This document shows positions 16,407-25,742 of a stretch of 52,092 bases of DNA, one piece after another. The position numbers and the translations under genes are program-made. Location: the NCBI GenBank assembly GCA_009691505.1, contig SICJ01000001.1, forward strand, positions 1-52,092, given 5' to 3'. Position 1 is the stretch's first letter; every line of letters begins with the position of its first letter. A model generated the notes under the pieces. It saw nothing but the letters and a program-made list of their open reading frames with translations. It searched no databases and was not told where the DNA came from. The stretch comes from Candidatus Parcubacteria bacterium (GTDB taxonomy: Bacteria > Patescibacteriota > Minisyncoccia > Phycocordibacterales > CALRHW01).

Positions 16407-19400
16407 ATGAACACAAAATATACAATAAAAAATAAAAATATGCGTTCTCCACAGGTGGATTTTGATATGATCACTTTAAAGCTTGCGTCTCCAGAAAAAA
16501 TAAAAGAGTGGTCTTTCGGCGAAGTGACAAAACCAGAAACTATCAATTACCGAACACAGCGTAGTGAACGAAGTGGTCTTTTTGATGAAAAGATTTTTGG
16601 TCCAGATAAAGACTATGAGTGTTACTGTGGAAAATATCGAGGAATTCGTTACAAGGGAGTAGTTTGTGAAAAATGTGGAGTGGAAATCACACGCTCTATC
16701 GTGCGTCGTGAAAGAATGGGACACATAGAGCTTGCGACACCAGTTTCACACATTTGGTTTTTGCGAAGTATGCCATCTCGTATCAGTATGATTTTAGGTA
16801 TTCCTACTTCAGATTTGGAAAAAGTTATTTATTTTGCTGGCTACATTATCACAAACGTGTCAGAGCCAGAGCGACTTTGCATTCTTAAAGATTTAGATTC
16901 TGAGTTTAAGTCAAAAATAAAATCTGTTCAAGACGACAAGACAAAAGAAGCGATAAAAGAAATGCTCGTCACTGCAAAAAAAGACATTGAAAGTGTGCAG
17001 AAAGGACGCGTGCTTGATGAAGTAGAGTATCACAATTTTTCTGTAAAATACGGAACGCTTTTTGAGGCGGGAATTGGTGCGGAGGCAATTTACAAAATTT
17101 TCAAAAGTGTTGACCTTCCAGCTCTTGAAAGTGCTCTTGTAAAAAGTCACGAAACGGCGGGCGCTATTGAAATAGAAAAACTAAACAAACGCCTTTCTCT
17201 TGTGCGTTCAATGATAAAAACTGGCGTGCGACCAGAGTGGATGTTTATGACTCGTATTCCTGTTATTCCACCAGCACTACGTCCGATGGTGCCACTTGAT
17301 GGAGGACGTTACGCTACTTCAGACGTAAATGACCTTTATAGGCGCGTTATCAACCGAAACAATCGTCTCAAAAAACTCAAAGAAATCGGTGCGCCAGAAG
17401 TTATTTTGCGAAACGAGAAAAGAATCTTACAAGAGGCAGTGGATTCTTTGATTGATAATTCTATTCGTCACGGTAATTCACCTTCTTCTGCCGTAAATCA
17501 GTCTCAGCGTCGTCCGTTAAAATCTCTCGCCGACAATTTAAAAGGTAAGCGAGGTCTTTTCCGCGCAAACCTTCTTGGAAAACGCGTAGATTATTCTGGA
17601 CGTTCTGTTATCGTCGTCGGACCTGAGCTAAAGCTCAATCAATGTGGTCTTCCAAAACACATGGCTCTTGAACTTTTCAAACCATTTATAATTTCAGAGC
17701 TTATCAAGCACGAGCTCGCATACAACATTCGCGGAGCAAGCCGACTTATAGAAGACGGTATTGCAGAAGTCTGGGCTATTCTTGAAGAAGTGATAAAAGA
17801 TAAATACGTGCTTCTAAACCGCGCTCCTACTTTGCATCGTCTCGGCATTCAGGCTTTCAAACCGATCTTGATTGAAGGAAATGCGATAAAAGTGCACCCA
17901 CTTGTATGTACAGCGTTCAACGCCGACTTTGACGGTGATCAGATGGCGGTGCACGTTCCTCTTTCTATTGAAGCGCAGGCAGAAGCTCGCGACATAATGG
18001 CTTCTGATAAAAATATTCTAAAACCAGGAAGTGGAAACCTCGTTGCTTCTATTGACAAGCTGGATATTGTGCTTGGTTGTTATTGGATGACAAAAATTAT
18101 TGACGGTGAAAATGGCGAAGGAAAACATTTTGAAAGTCCTACAAGTGCTATCCGAGCTTTCAGTTACGACGGTGCTGGTTTTAGAGCAAAAATAAAAGTA
18201 TTGCCAACAGAAGAAATAAAATACAAAGCATTTGAGGGAAAGATTTTTGAGTCATCCATTGGTCGCCTACTTTTCAACAGTGTTTTGCCTGCTGATTATC
18301 CTTACATCAACACTGAAATTGATCGTAAAAAAATGGGCGTGCTCATTGACGATCTCATTGAAAAATACGGAATTGAAAATATTCCTCCTATTTTGGACAA
18401 CATAAAGGCTTTTGGTTTTGAGTATGCCACATATTCTGGCGTAACATGGGGAATTGATGACGTGCTTGTGCCTGAAGGAAAAAACGCTGTAATAAGTGCC
18501 GCAAAAGCTAAATCAGATCAAATAGTGGATCAATATAATTCTGGTTTTATTTCTGAAGAAGAAAGACTGCGAAAAAATATTGAAATTTGGCACGGCGCAA
18601 AAAATGAAATTGAAAAACTCATTCCCGGAACTCTGGAAAAACATGGTTCTGTATACGATATGATAAATTCTGGAGCGAGAGGTTCTGTCGGTAACATTAC
18701 TCAAATGGTGGGAATGAAAGGTCTTATTCAAAATACCGCTGGAGATACTATTGAATTTCCAATTCTTTCTTGTAGTAAAGAGGGTCTAAGTCCACTTGAA
18801 TATTTCATCACAACTCACGGTTCTAGAAAAGGTCTTACTGACATAGCGCTCAACACTGCAAAAGCAGGGTACCTTACTCGTAGACTTTTTGATGTCGCTC
18901 AAGACGCTATCATTACCGAAGAAGATTGTGGTTCAAAAGAAGGCATCAAGCTTAATAAAGATAATGCATCAGGAATTGAAATTCCACTTTCTCGCAATTG
19001 CAAAGGACGCTTCCTCGCTGAAGACGTAGTAAACGCGAGCGGAAAAGTGCTTTTCACAAAAGGTGATTTTCTTACAAAAGAAAACGCGCTCATTATAGAC
19101 AAAGAAGGAATACAAGAAGTTATCGTGCGTTCACCACTTATTTGTAAAACTCCGACTGGCGTTTGTGTAAAATGTTACGGAGCAGATCTCGGAAAACACA
19201 AAATCATTGACCTTGGTGAAGCAGTGGGAACTGTCGCGGCACAAGCTATCGGTGAGCCGGGAACACAGCTGACAATGCGTACATTTCACGCTGGAGGTAC
19301 AGCGTCTGTCGGTGGAGATATTACTCAAGGTCTTCCCCGCGTGGAAGAAGTTTTTGAAAAACGAAAACCAAAAAATCCTGCTGTCATAAGTCATGTAGAT

Positions 19401-20078
19401 GGCGTTGTGGTAAAAGTAGAAAACACTGGCGCAGACAAAAAGATTGTAGTGCTTCCTGAAATTTCTGACAAATCAAAATTAAAAACAAAGGGTGAAATAG
19501 AATACCTAGTGAGTATTCAGCGTATGATTATGGTAAAAGTAGGCGACAAGGTGGTGAAAGGTGAAATGTTTACCGACGGTTCTGCAGACATAGACGAGCT
19601 CTTCAAATACGCTGGAAAAGAAAAAACAGAAAACTATATCATTCGTGAAATTAATAAACTTTATGAACTTCAAGGAGAAGCTGTTTCTAGAAAACACATT
19701 GAAGTCATAGTGCGACAAATGTTTGGACGACGTAAAATAAAAGAAAAGGGAAGTACAGGACTTTCTGTGGGCGATGTAGTGGAAATGTCTGAATATTCAG
19801 CTGAAAATAAAATCGCCCGCGCCGCTGGTTTGGAAGAAGCAAAATCAGAGCCTGTCGTGATGGGTATTACAGAAGTGTCACTTTCAAGAAAGAGTTTCCT
19901 TTCTGCCGCCTCATTTCAACACACTACAAAAGTGCTTATAAATGGCGCTATCCGAGGTAATACAGACAAACTTATAGGTCTAAAAGAAAATGTTATTATC
20001 GGTCGCTTGATTCCTGCGGGAACTGGCTTTCATGGAAGTCCAAAGCAAAAGATGATTGAAAAAATACAGAGTGAGTAG
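16407..20078 (+). CDS. rpoC: DNA-directed RNA polymerase beta' subunit
   Basis: Zinc motif [10 protein letters not shown]...CEKCGVE, catalytic [12 protein letters not shown], and a [13 protein letters not shown] trigger-loop region. Confidence 0.95.
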   Translation: MNTKYTIKNKNMRSPQVDFDMITLKLASPEKIKEWSFGEVTKPETINYRTQRSERSGLFDEKIFGPDKDYECYCGKYRGIRYKGVVCEKCGVEITRSIVRRERMGHIELATPVSHIWFLRSMPSRISMILGIPTSDLEKVIYFAGYIITNVSEPERLCILKDLDSEFKSKIKSVQDDKTKEAIKEMLVTAKKDIESVQKGRVLDEVEYHNFSVKYGTLFEAGIGAEAIYKIFKSVDLPALESALVKSHETAGAIEIEKLNKRLSLVRSMIKTGVRPEWMFMTRIPVIPPALRPMVPLDGGRYATSDVNDLYRRVINRNNRLKKLKEIGAPEVILRNEKRILQEAVDSLIDNSIRHGNSPSSAVNQSQRRPLKSLADNLKGKRGLFRANLLGKRVDYSGRSVIVVGPELKLNQCGLPKHMALELFKPFIISELIKHELAYNIRGASRLIEDGIAEVWAILEEVIKDKYVLLNRAPTLHRLGIQAFKPILIEGNAIKVHPLVCTAFNADFDGDQMAVHVPLSIEAQAEARDIMASDKNILKPGSGNLVASIDKLDIVLGCYWMTKIIDGENGEGKHFESPTSAIRAFSYDGAGFRAKIKVLPTEEIKYKAFEGKIFESSIGRLLFNSVLPADYPYINTEIDRKKMGVLIDDLIEKYGIENIPPILDNIKAFGFEYATYSGVTWGIDDVLVPEGKNAVISAAKAKSDQIVDQYNSGFISEEERLRKNIEIWHGAKNEIEKLIPGTLEKHGSVYDMINSGARGSVGNITQMVGMKGLIQNTAGDTIEFPILSCSKEGLSPLEYFITTHGSRKGLTDIALNTAKAGYLTRRLFDVAQDAIITEEDCGSKEGIKLNKDNASGIEIPLSRNCKGRFLAEDVVNASGKVLFTKGDFLTKENALIIDKEGIQEVIVRSPLICKTPTGVCVKCYGADLGKHKIIDLGEAVGTVAAQAIGEPGTQLTMRTFHAGGTASVGGDITQGLPRVEEVFEKRKPKNPAVISHVDGVVVKVENTGADKKIVVLPEISDKSKLKTKGEIEYLVSIQRMIMVKVGDKVVKGEMFTDGSADIDELFKYAGKEKTENYIIREINKLYELQGEAVSRKHIEVIVRQMFGRRKIKEKGSTGLSVGDVVEMSEYSAENKIARAAGLEEAKSEPVVMGITEVSLSRKSFLSAASFQHTTKVLINGAIRGNTDKLIGLKENVIIGRLIPAGTGFHGSPKQKMIEKIQSE

Positions 20079-20119
20079 TGCGATAATGGTGCGTCGGATT
20101 GGCTAGTTTGAAAAAATTT

Positions 20120-21877
20120 ATGTCATCCTCTGTAGATCAAATAAAAGAAAAGCTTGATATCGCCGACATTGTCGCTTCGTATATTAAACTTGAAAAAGCA
20201 GGCGGAAATTTTAAGGGAAAGTGTCCGTTTCATAATGAAAAAACTCCGTCGTTTTTCATTTCACCAGACAGAGGCACTTATTATTGTTTTGGTTGTGGTG
20301 CAAAAGGCGATATTTTTACTTTTGTTCAGGAGTTTGAAGGACTAGATTTTCGTGGTGCTTTGAAAAATCTAGCTTTGCGTGCTGGAGTAGAGCTTGGACA
20401 CGAAAATGTCGCCGAGCGAAGTGAGAAAGATCGTTTGTATTCTGTGCTTGCGCAGGCAACTTTCTTTTTTCAGAAAAAACTCTCTGAAAATGCTGATGCA
20501 AAAAATTATTTACTCGGACGCGGACTCACAGAAGAAAGTATAAAAGAATGGTCTATCGGCTACGCACCGAATGCGTGGCAAGAGCTACACGATTTTCTGC
20601 TGGGAAAAGGTTTTACAAAACCAGAGCTTGAGCGTGTAGGCTTGATCAAAAAAAGCGACAAACGTCCGGGCGAATATTATGACGTATTTCGTGGACGAAT
20701 TGTTTTTCCTATCTTTGATGTCGCAGGTAAAGTAATTGCGTTTTCTGGAAGAATTCTCGTAGACGACGGTAAGTCGCCGAAATATTTAAACACTTCAGAA
20801 ACAATTCTTTTCAACAAATCGCAGACACTTTACGGCTTACACAAAGCAAAAGTAGATATTCGTCGGAAAGATTACTGCGTGCTCGTAGAGGGACAAATGG
20901 ATCTCGTAATGGTGCATCAAGCTGGGTTTGGTAACACTATCGCTTCTTCTGGCACAGCTTTTACTGCCGAGCATCTTGGTAAGCTGGGACGTCTCTCCAA
21001 TCGTATCGTGCTCGCTTTTGACGCCGACGGCGCGGGTTTTACTGCAGCAAATAAAAGTGCACAGCTTGCCTTGTCTCTCGGAATGGAAGTGAAAATTGCA
21101 CTTTTACCAAAAGGCACCGATCCAGCTGAACTCATAAAAAATGATCCAGATAAATGGAAAAGCGCGCTTCAAAATACTATGCACATTATTGATTTCTATA
21201 TGCAATCCTTGCTCGCGCAAAATTCTGACGCGGTGAAAAAAGATCCGCGAAAGCTCGGCAAAGAAATACAAAGTAAGGTTTTACCTTATGTAAATCAGCT
21301 TCCAAGTAGTATTGAACGAGCGCACTTTGTTTCAAAGATTGCCGAGCGAGCTGGGATTAAAGAAGAAGCTGTGTGGGAGGATTTAAAAAAAACTCCAGCA
21401 TTTACACAGAATGTGCATAGTACAAATGTAGCGGGTGGAGTTGTAAACGAGGCTTTGCGTACTAGGCAAGCCGATCCATCTTTTCGTAAAAATTCAATTG
21501 AAAAAAAGATACTCGGAATAAAAATGTGGCAAGAAAGTGTGTCTAGTCCGCACATAAAATCCACCGAACTTTTACAAAAATTAAAAGACATAGTGGGCGA
21601 AGAATCAGTCTCAAAACTTCTCGCCGAGCTTGAATCTACACAAAGTGAGCTGATTTTTGAGATTGAGTCGTATTATGATAATAGCGACACACTCACAGCG
21701 GAGATAGACGAACTTTTTATGAATCTGCAGGAAGAACGCTTAAAAGAGGAGTTTACAAGAGTGATGACAGAGCTAGGAATTGCGGAAAAAAGCAAAGACG
21801 CAGAAAAGGTAAAAGAATTGCTAGAAGTTTGCCAAGAATTATCAAAAAAAATAACAGCTTTACCAAAAAAACAATAA
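20120..21877 (+). CDS. dnaG: DNA primase
   Basis: Zinc finger CPFHNEKTPSFFISPDRGTYYCFGCGAKGD and TOPRIM VLVEGQMDLV...AFDADGAG. The ORF extends to TTG 20099. Confidence 0.9.
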   Translation: MSSSVDQIKEKLDIADIVASYIKLEKAGGNFKGKCPFHNEKTPSFFISPDRGTYYCFGCGAKGDIFTFVQEFEGLDFRGALKNLALRAGVELGHENVAERSEKDRLYSVLAQATFFFQKKLSENADAKNYLLGRGLTEESIKEWSIGYAPNAWQELHDFLLGKGFTKPELERVGLIKKSDKRPGEYYDVFRGRIVFPIFDVAGKVIAFSGRILVDDGKSPKYLNTSETILFNKSQTLYGLHKAKVDIRRKDYCVLVEGQMDLVMVHQAGFGNTIASSGTAFTAEHLGKLGRLSNRIVLAFDADGAGFTAANKSAQLALSLGMEVKIALLPKGTDPAELIKNDPDKWKSALQNTMHIIDFYMQSLLAQNSDAVKKDPRKLGKEIQSKVLPYVNQLPSSIERAHFVSKIAERAGIKEEAVWEDLKKTPAFTQNVHSTNVAGGVVNEALRTRQADPSFRKNSIEKKILGIKMWQESVSSPHIKSTELLQKLKDIVGEESVSKLLAELESTQSELIFEIESYYDNSDTLTAEIDELFMNLQEERLKEEFTRVMTELGIAEKSKDAEKVKELLEVCQELSKKITALPKKQ

Positions 21878-21898
21878 TTTAAACAAGAATATAAATAT

Positions 21899-23140
21899 AT
21901 GAAAAAAAATAAAAAAACAAAAAATAAAAAGCAAGCTGTGAAAAAAGTGAAAAAAACTGGTAAAAAAAAGGCAACATTTACAAAAAAAATAAAAGTAAAA
22001 AAGTCCGCAAAGAAAACTCCTGCACAAAAATCAAAAGCTAGAGTATCAGCAAAAAAATCTCAAAAATCAAATCATAGTGTAAAACAGCTTCTCGCTAAAG
22101 GTAAAGAGCGAGGTTTCATTACTTATGATGAAATTCTAAAAGAATTCCCAACGATTGAAGACAACATTCTTTTTCTAGAAGAGCTATATTCTCAGCTTTC
22201 TGTGGCAGGAATTGATATTCTTGAAGGGGGAGGACTTCTTGATTCAAAAGACCCCGCTGATGATCCTGCAGTTAAAAAATATACTTACAATAAAGGCGAG
22301 GGTTCTCCATACGATTCTATTCAAATGTATTTAAAAGAAATTGGTCAATATCCTCTCATTTCTGGCGCGACAGAAAAAGAACTCGCAAAGAGAATTGAAA
22401 AGGGAGATGACGAAGCAAAAAATCTGCTCGCTAGGTCCAATCTACGCCTCGTGGTTTCAATCGCTAAAAAATATGTTGGAAGAAGTCCAGACTTGACGCT
22501 TCTTGATTTAATTCAAGAAGGAAACCTCGGATTATTTAAAGCTGTAGATAAATTTGATTGGACAAAAGGATACAAATTTTCTACTTATGCGACTTGGTGG
22601 ATTCGTCAGGCTATTACTCGAGCACTAGCTGATCAGTCGCGGACTATTCGTGTGCCAGTGCATATGGTGGAAACGATTGCAAAATACAAGCAAGTGGTGC
22701 GCCGACTTTCTCAAGACCTCGGACGAGATCCTTTACCAGAAGAAGTCGCGATGGAAATGAATTTGGACGTGGATAAAATTTATAATATTGAAAAAATTGA
22801 TCAGAGTACGGTATCTCTTGAAAGTCCAGTGGGTGACGATGGTGATGACGGCAAATCAACTCTCGGGGATTTTATTCCTGATGATAAAATACTTTCGCCA
22901 GACCAAGATTCTTCACGACGGATTATTTCTGATCAAGTAAAAGAACTTTTAAATAATCTTCCACCAAAAGAGCGCAGGATATTGGAAATGCGACACGGGC
23001 TTGTAGACGGTATTACTCATACTCTTGAAGAGGTGGGAAAAGAGTTTGGGGTGACTCGCGAGCGTATTAGACAGATTGAGGCAAAGGCGCATGAAAAGAT
23101 ACGACAGCATGAGAATATTGATCGTTTGAGGAATTACTAG
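21899..23140 (+). CDS. rpoD: RNA polymerase primary sigma factor with a lysine-rich N-terminal tail
   Basis: Region 2 ([16 protein letters not shown]) and region 4.2 ([22 protein letters not shown]). The first ~60 aa are K-rich. Confidence 0.9.
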   Translation: MKKNKKTKNKKQAVKKVKKTGKKKATFTKKIKVKKSAKKTPAQKSKARVSAKKSQKSNHSVKQLLAKGKERGFITYDEILKEFPTIEDNILFLEELYSQLSVAGIDILEGGGLLDSKDPADDPAVKKYTYNKGEGSPYDSIQMYLKEIGQYPLISGATEKELAKRIEKGDDEAKNLLARSNLRLVVSIAKKYVGRSPDLTLLDLIQEGNLGLFKAVDKFDWTKGYKFSTYATWWIRQAITRALADQSRTIRVPVHMVETIAKYKQVVRRLSQDLGRDPLPEEVAMEMNLDVDKIYNIEKIDQSTVSLESPVGDDGDDGKSTLGDFIPDDKILSPDQDSSRRIISDQVKELLNNLPPKERRILEMRHGLVDGITHTLEEVGKEFGVTRERIRQIEAKAHEKIRQHENIDRLRNY

Positions 23141-23143
23141 GCA

Positions 23144-23263
23144 ACAAAAAAATAAATAAGTTGTGTTTTCAGAGCACGCGTAAATCGTTGCTACGATTTC
23201 TGCTCCGCTCGGCGCCGTCGCGCCTGCGCGAGTCTCTTAAAACACAACTTATTTATTTTTTGT
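23144..23263 (+). repeat. Palindromic intergenic element, copy B (core 23174..23232)
   Basis: The arms acaaaaaaataaataagttgtgtttt / aaaacacaacttatttattttttgt flank the conserved core. It begins 3 nt after the rpoD stop. Confidence 0.9.
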
Positions 23264-23279
23264 GACCCAGACAATTTTC

Positions 23280-23308
23280 TTGACACAAAGTCACAATAGG
23301 TGTATAGT
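23280..23308 (+). promoter_or_regulatory. Consensus sigma70-type promoter (TTGACA-17-TATAGT) of the orphan cassette
   Basis: ttgaca caaagtcacaataggtg tatagt; same architecture as the rpoB and tRNA-Ala promoters. Confidence 0.6.
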
Positions 23309-23314
23309 AGCAAA

Positions 23315-23464
23315 AGATAGAACCTTGAAACAATTTGCAAACCTCGCCATAGCCTAAAGGGCCTTAAACATAGGGCTTTCTAGGCTATGGCGACATCGTG
23401 TCGCTTGTAGTATGTTTCGTAAACCCGCCACACCTACGCAAGTAGGCAGGCATTTCACTAAAGG
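23315..23464 (+). promoter_or_regulatory. About 150-nt structured 5' leader or small RNA with three hairpins
   Basis: H1 23345..23392 has an 11-bp outer stem (CGCCATAGCCT/AGGCTATGGCG). H2 23390..23404 (GCGACA-TCG-TGTCGC) shares 3 nt with H1. H3 23427..23451 has a CCTAC-GCAA-GTAGG GNRA tetraloop. Confidence 0.45.
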
Positions 23465-23986
23465 ATGATGACGATGGACACATCGATTACATCAATCAAT
23501 AACATCTCAGAATATTTGAGGTTGGTAAGCGGCGAGGAAACCCTCGTCGTCGGTCCGACAGACGGGAAGCGTACTATCGCAGGAGAGGATAATGTTTTTA
23601 CCGGCCACATTAACTCGGATTTCAAGAGTTGGGGTCTCGATGTGAAAGGTAATCCATGTGGTCCAACGAAGGTTGCCGTCCACGAGATAATCAAGGACGG
23701 AAACTTTCAGCAAATTTTCTCTGGCCTGAGTCCTGACCTCAACAGCTTATGCTTGGAACAGGATCAGGTACTGGAATTTGTAAAGCACCGCAGTAAGTGG
23801 CTTCGCACAGACAGATACGCGACATTTTTCCTTTGCAAGGCCGACGGCGAATTCTTTGTTGCGTCTGTCTTTTTTGACGGCTACAGTCGTCTCATTGTCT
23901 CTGCCCATCGATTGTCATTTGGCCATGTCTGGTTCGCCGGGTTTCGCCTTCGTGTCGTTGTCCCGCAACTGACACTTGCAAATTAG
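23465..23986 (+). CDS. Hypothetical protein, 173 aa, no family recognised; GC-shifted
   Basis: Longest ORF between the promoter and a strong terminator, preceded by AAGG. The ATGs at 23465, 23468 and 23474 are all possible starts. No motif recognised. Confidence 0.6.
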   Translation: MMTMDTSITSINNISEYLRLVSGEETLVVGPTDGKRTIAGEDNVFTGHINSDFKSWGLDVKGNPCGPTKVAVHEIIKDGNFQQIFSGLSPDLNSLCLEQDQVLEFVKHRSKWLRTDRYATFFLCKADGEFFVASVFFDGYSRLIVSAHRLSFGHVWFAGFRLRVVVPQLTLAN

Positions 23987-24007
23987 TTTGAGCCTTTGGC
24001 TCTTTAT

Positions 24008-24068
24008 CCCTCTGACCCTTCGCCAAATTTATTTTAATTTGGCAGGGTCGGGGGGATTTTTTATTTTT
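24008..24068 (+). terminator. Strong intrinsic terminator of the orphan cassette
   Basis: CCCTCTGACCCT..GCCAAATT-TATTTT-AATTTGGC-AGGGTCGGGGGG gives about 20 bp, with two G-U pairs valid only on the + strand RNA. ATTTTTTATTTTT follows. Confidence 0.7.
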
Positions 24069-24092
24069 CCGCGAGTGTGCGACCAGTGTCTA

Positions 24093-24887
24093 TTATTTCA
24101 AAATCAAATCCACGATCGCTTTCATCATTTCGTAAGGCATTGCACCACTCACAAATATTTTTCTATTATCTTTTGATATTCCTATAAAATCATCGGAGCC
24201 CGGATAGGATTTCATTATTTGAGCATTATTAGACTCTAAAAAATCTCTCAGCTCTTTACTTGGATCTGATTTTAAAATAAATATACTATAAGGTGTTCCA
24301 GTTCCGCCATTTTGTTGCGCCTCTTTTGTGTCCTCGTCTACTGCTGTTGCAAATTTACCACTAGCTAAACAGGTGTTGAAAGCTTTTACATCCAATCCTA
24401 CCGCAGCAGCGATTTTTGGAAGTTCCGCTGGGTCAAGATTATCATTTGATTTTGTAGTTTCGTAAAGTTTATTTGTATATTCCCAAAACTTACTATTGCC
24501 ACCAAGGTCAGCGGCACACTCAAAAGCCTCTGCTTCTTTTCTAGCTTTTTTATGAAGTGAGTCTAAAGGAAAATGTCGGTAAACCCAAGTAAAATTTCCA
24601 TCTTTCCCATATTCTGAAGCAAGTTTGTTTAAAGTTACATGGAAAATTTTACAAAAAGGACACTGTGTGTCTGAATATTCCACTAGTAAAACCTTTGAGT
24701 CTGGATTTCCAAGGATGTGATCAGACATATCAATGGGCCTTATTTTTATATCAATAGCCTCTTTTTTTGATGTTAAATCTGTCGTTGTCGCAACAGTTTT
24801 ATTTTTATTACTATAAACCAGTGCCCCAGCGATGATAGCTCCAGCGATAATTATTGCGAGCGGAATTGTAAGTGAACTTTTCTCCAT
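24093..24887 (-). CDS. DsbA-family thiol:disulfide oxidoreductase, membrane-anchored
   Basis: N-terminal TM helix and a thioredoxin-fold active site YSDTQCPFCKIFH. Confidence 0.8.
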   Translation of the reverse strand: MEKSSLTIPLAIIIAGAIIAGALVYSNKNKTVATTTDLTSKKEAIDIKIRPIDMSDHILGNPDSKVLLVEYSDTQCPFCKIFHVTLNKLASEYGKDGNFTWVYRHFPLDSLHKKARKEAEAFECAADLGGNSKFWEYTNKLYETTKSNDNLDPAELPKIAAAVGLDVKAFNTCLASGKFATAVDEDTKEAQQNGGTGTPYSIFILKSDPSKELRDFLESNNAQIMKSYPGSDDFIGISKDNRKIFVSGAMPYEMMKAIVDLILK

Positions 24888-24938
24888 ATTATTAAATTAC
24901 ATTATTAATTGTTTCTATTGTATCATATAATTAATATT

Positions 24939-25730
24939 ATGATAGAGGCGATTATTTTAGGTGCGATACAGGGAATTACTGAATTTTTACCCATTTCCTC
25001 GTCTGGGCACCTTATCATTATTAGAGAAGTTTTAGGTCTCAAAAACGTAGGCTCGCTTTCTTTTGATGCAGTGCTTCAGCTCGCAACGACTCTTGCTGTT
25101 ATTGTTTATTTTTGGAAAGACTTGATCGCTCTCGTGCGTGTACGTGATACAAAAAAAAAAATTTTAATTTGGGCGATTGTGGTCGGCACAATACCAGCGG
25201 CTATTTTAGGATTTATATTTGAGCAAAAGATAGACTCTGTTTTTAGAAACGCTCACACTGTCGCTTGGGCGCTTATTGCCGGAAGTGTTTTGTTTTTTAT
25301 CGCAGAAAGATATTCGGCTCAGAGAGCGTTAAAAAATATAGATGCGGGTCTTATCGGTCAGCAAAAAGAGCTTTCTGTTTTGCGCGGTTTTTGGGTAGGC
25401 TGTTTTCAGGTGCTCGCCTTAATTCCAGGAATGTCGCGTTCTGGTAGCACGATTTCTGGCGGTTTGCTCACAGGCATGAAAAGGGAAGAAGTAGTACGTT
25501 TTAGTTTTTTGCTTTCAGTGCCGATTCTTCTGGGTTCTGGTCTAAAAAAGCTTTTTGATCTCGGCGCGTCTGGCACGGTAGACACTTCTCTTGTTGTCGG
25601 CTCACTTGTCGCGTTTGTTGTCGGACTTGCTTCTATTCATTTTTTAATTAAATATCTACAAAAACATACACTTAATGTGTTTATTGTTTATAGGATTTTA
25701 CTTGCGGTGGTTGTGTTGCTGTTTTTATAG
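24939..25730 (+). CDS. uppP: Undecaprenyl-diphosphate phosphatase
   Basis: GITEFLPISSSGHL and PGMSRSGSTISGG motifs; polytopic membrane protein. The ORF extends to TTG 24909. Confidence 0.9.
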   Translation: MIEAIILGAIQGITEFLPISSSGHLIIIREVLGLKNVGSLSFDAVLQLATTLAVIVYFWKDLIALVRVRDTKKKILIWAIVVGTIPAAILGFIFEQKIDSVFRNAHTVAWALIAGSVLFFIAERYSAQRALKNIDAGLIGQQKELSVLRGFWVGCFQVLALIPGMSRSGSTISGGLLTGMKREEVVRFSFLLSVPILLGSGLKKLFDLGASGTVDTSLVVGSLVAFVVGLASIHFLIKYLQKHTLNVFIVYRILLAVVVLLFL

Positions 25731-25742
25731 GGCAAAGATGAG

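Noticed and set aside
23174-23232. Could the core be a small self-cleaving ribozyme (hammerhead, twister or pistol) or a tRNA-like fragment?
   Set aside because: I could not find the hammerhead CUGAUGA...GAAA core, or any other consensus I can recall, conserved across the six copies. Only copy F contains CTGCTGA by chance. This is left open for a covariance-model search but is not claimed.
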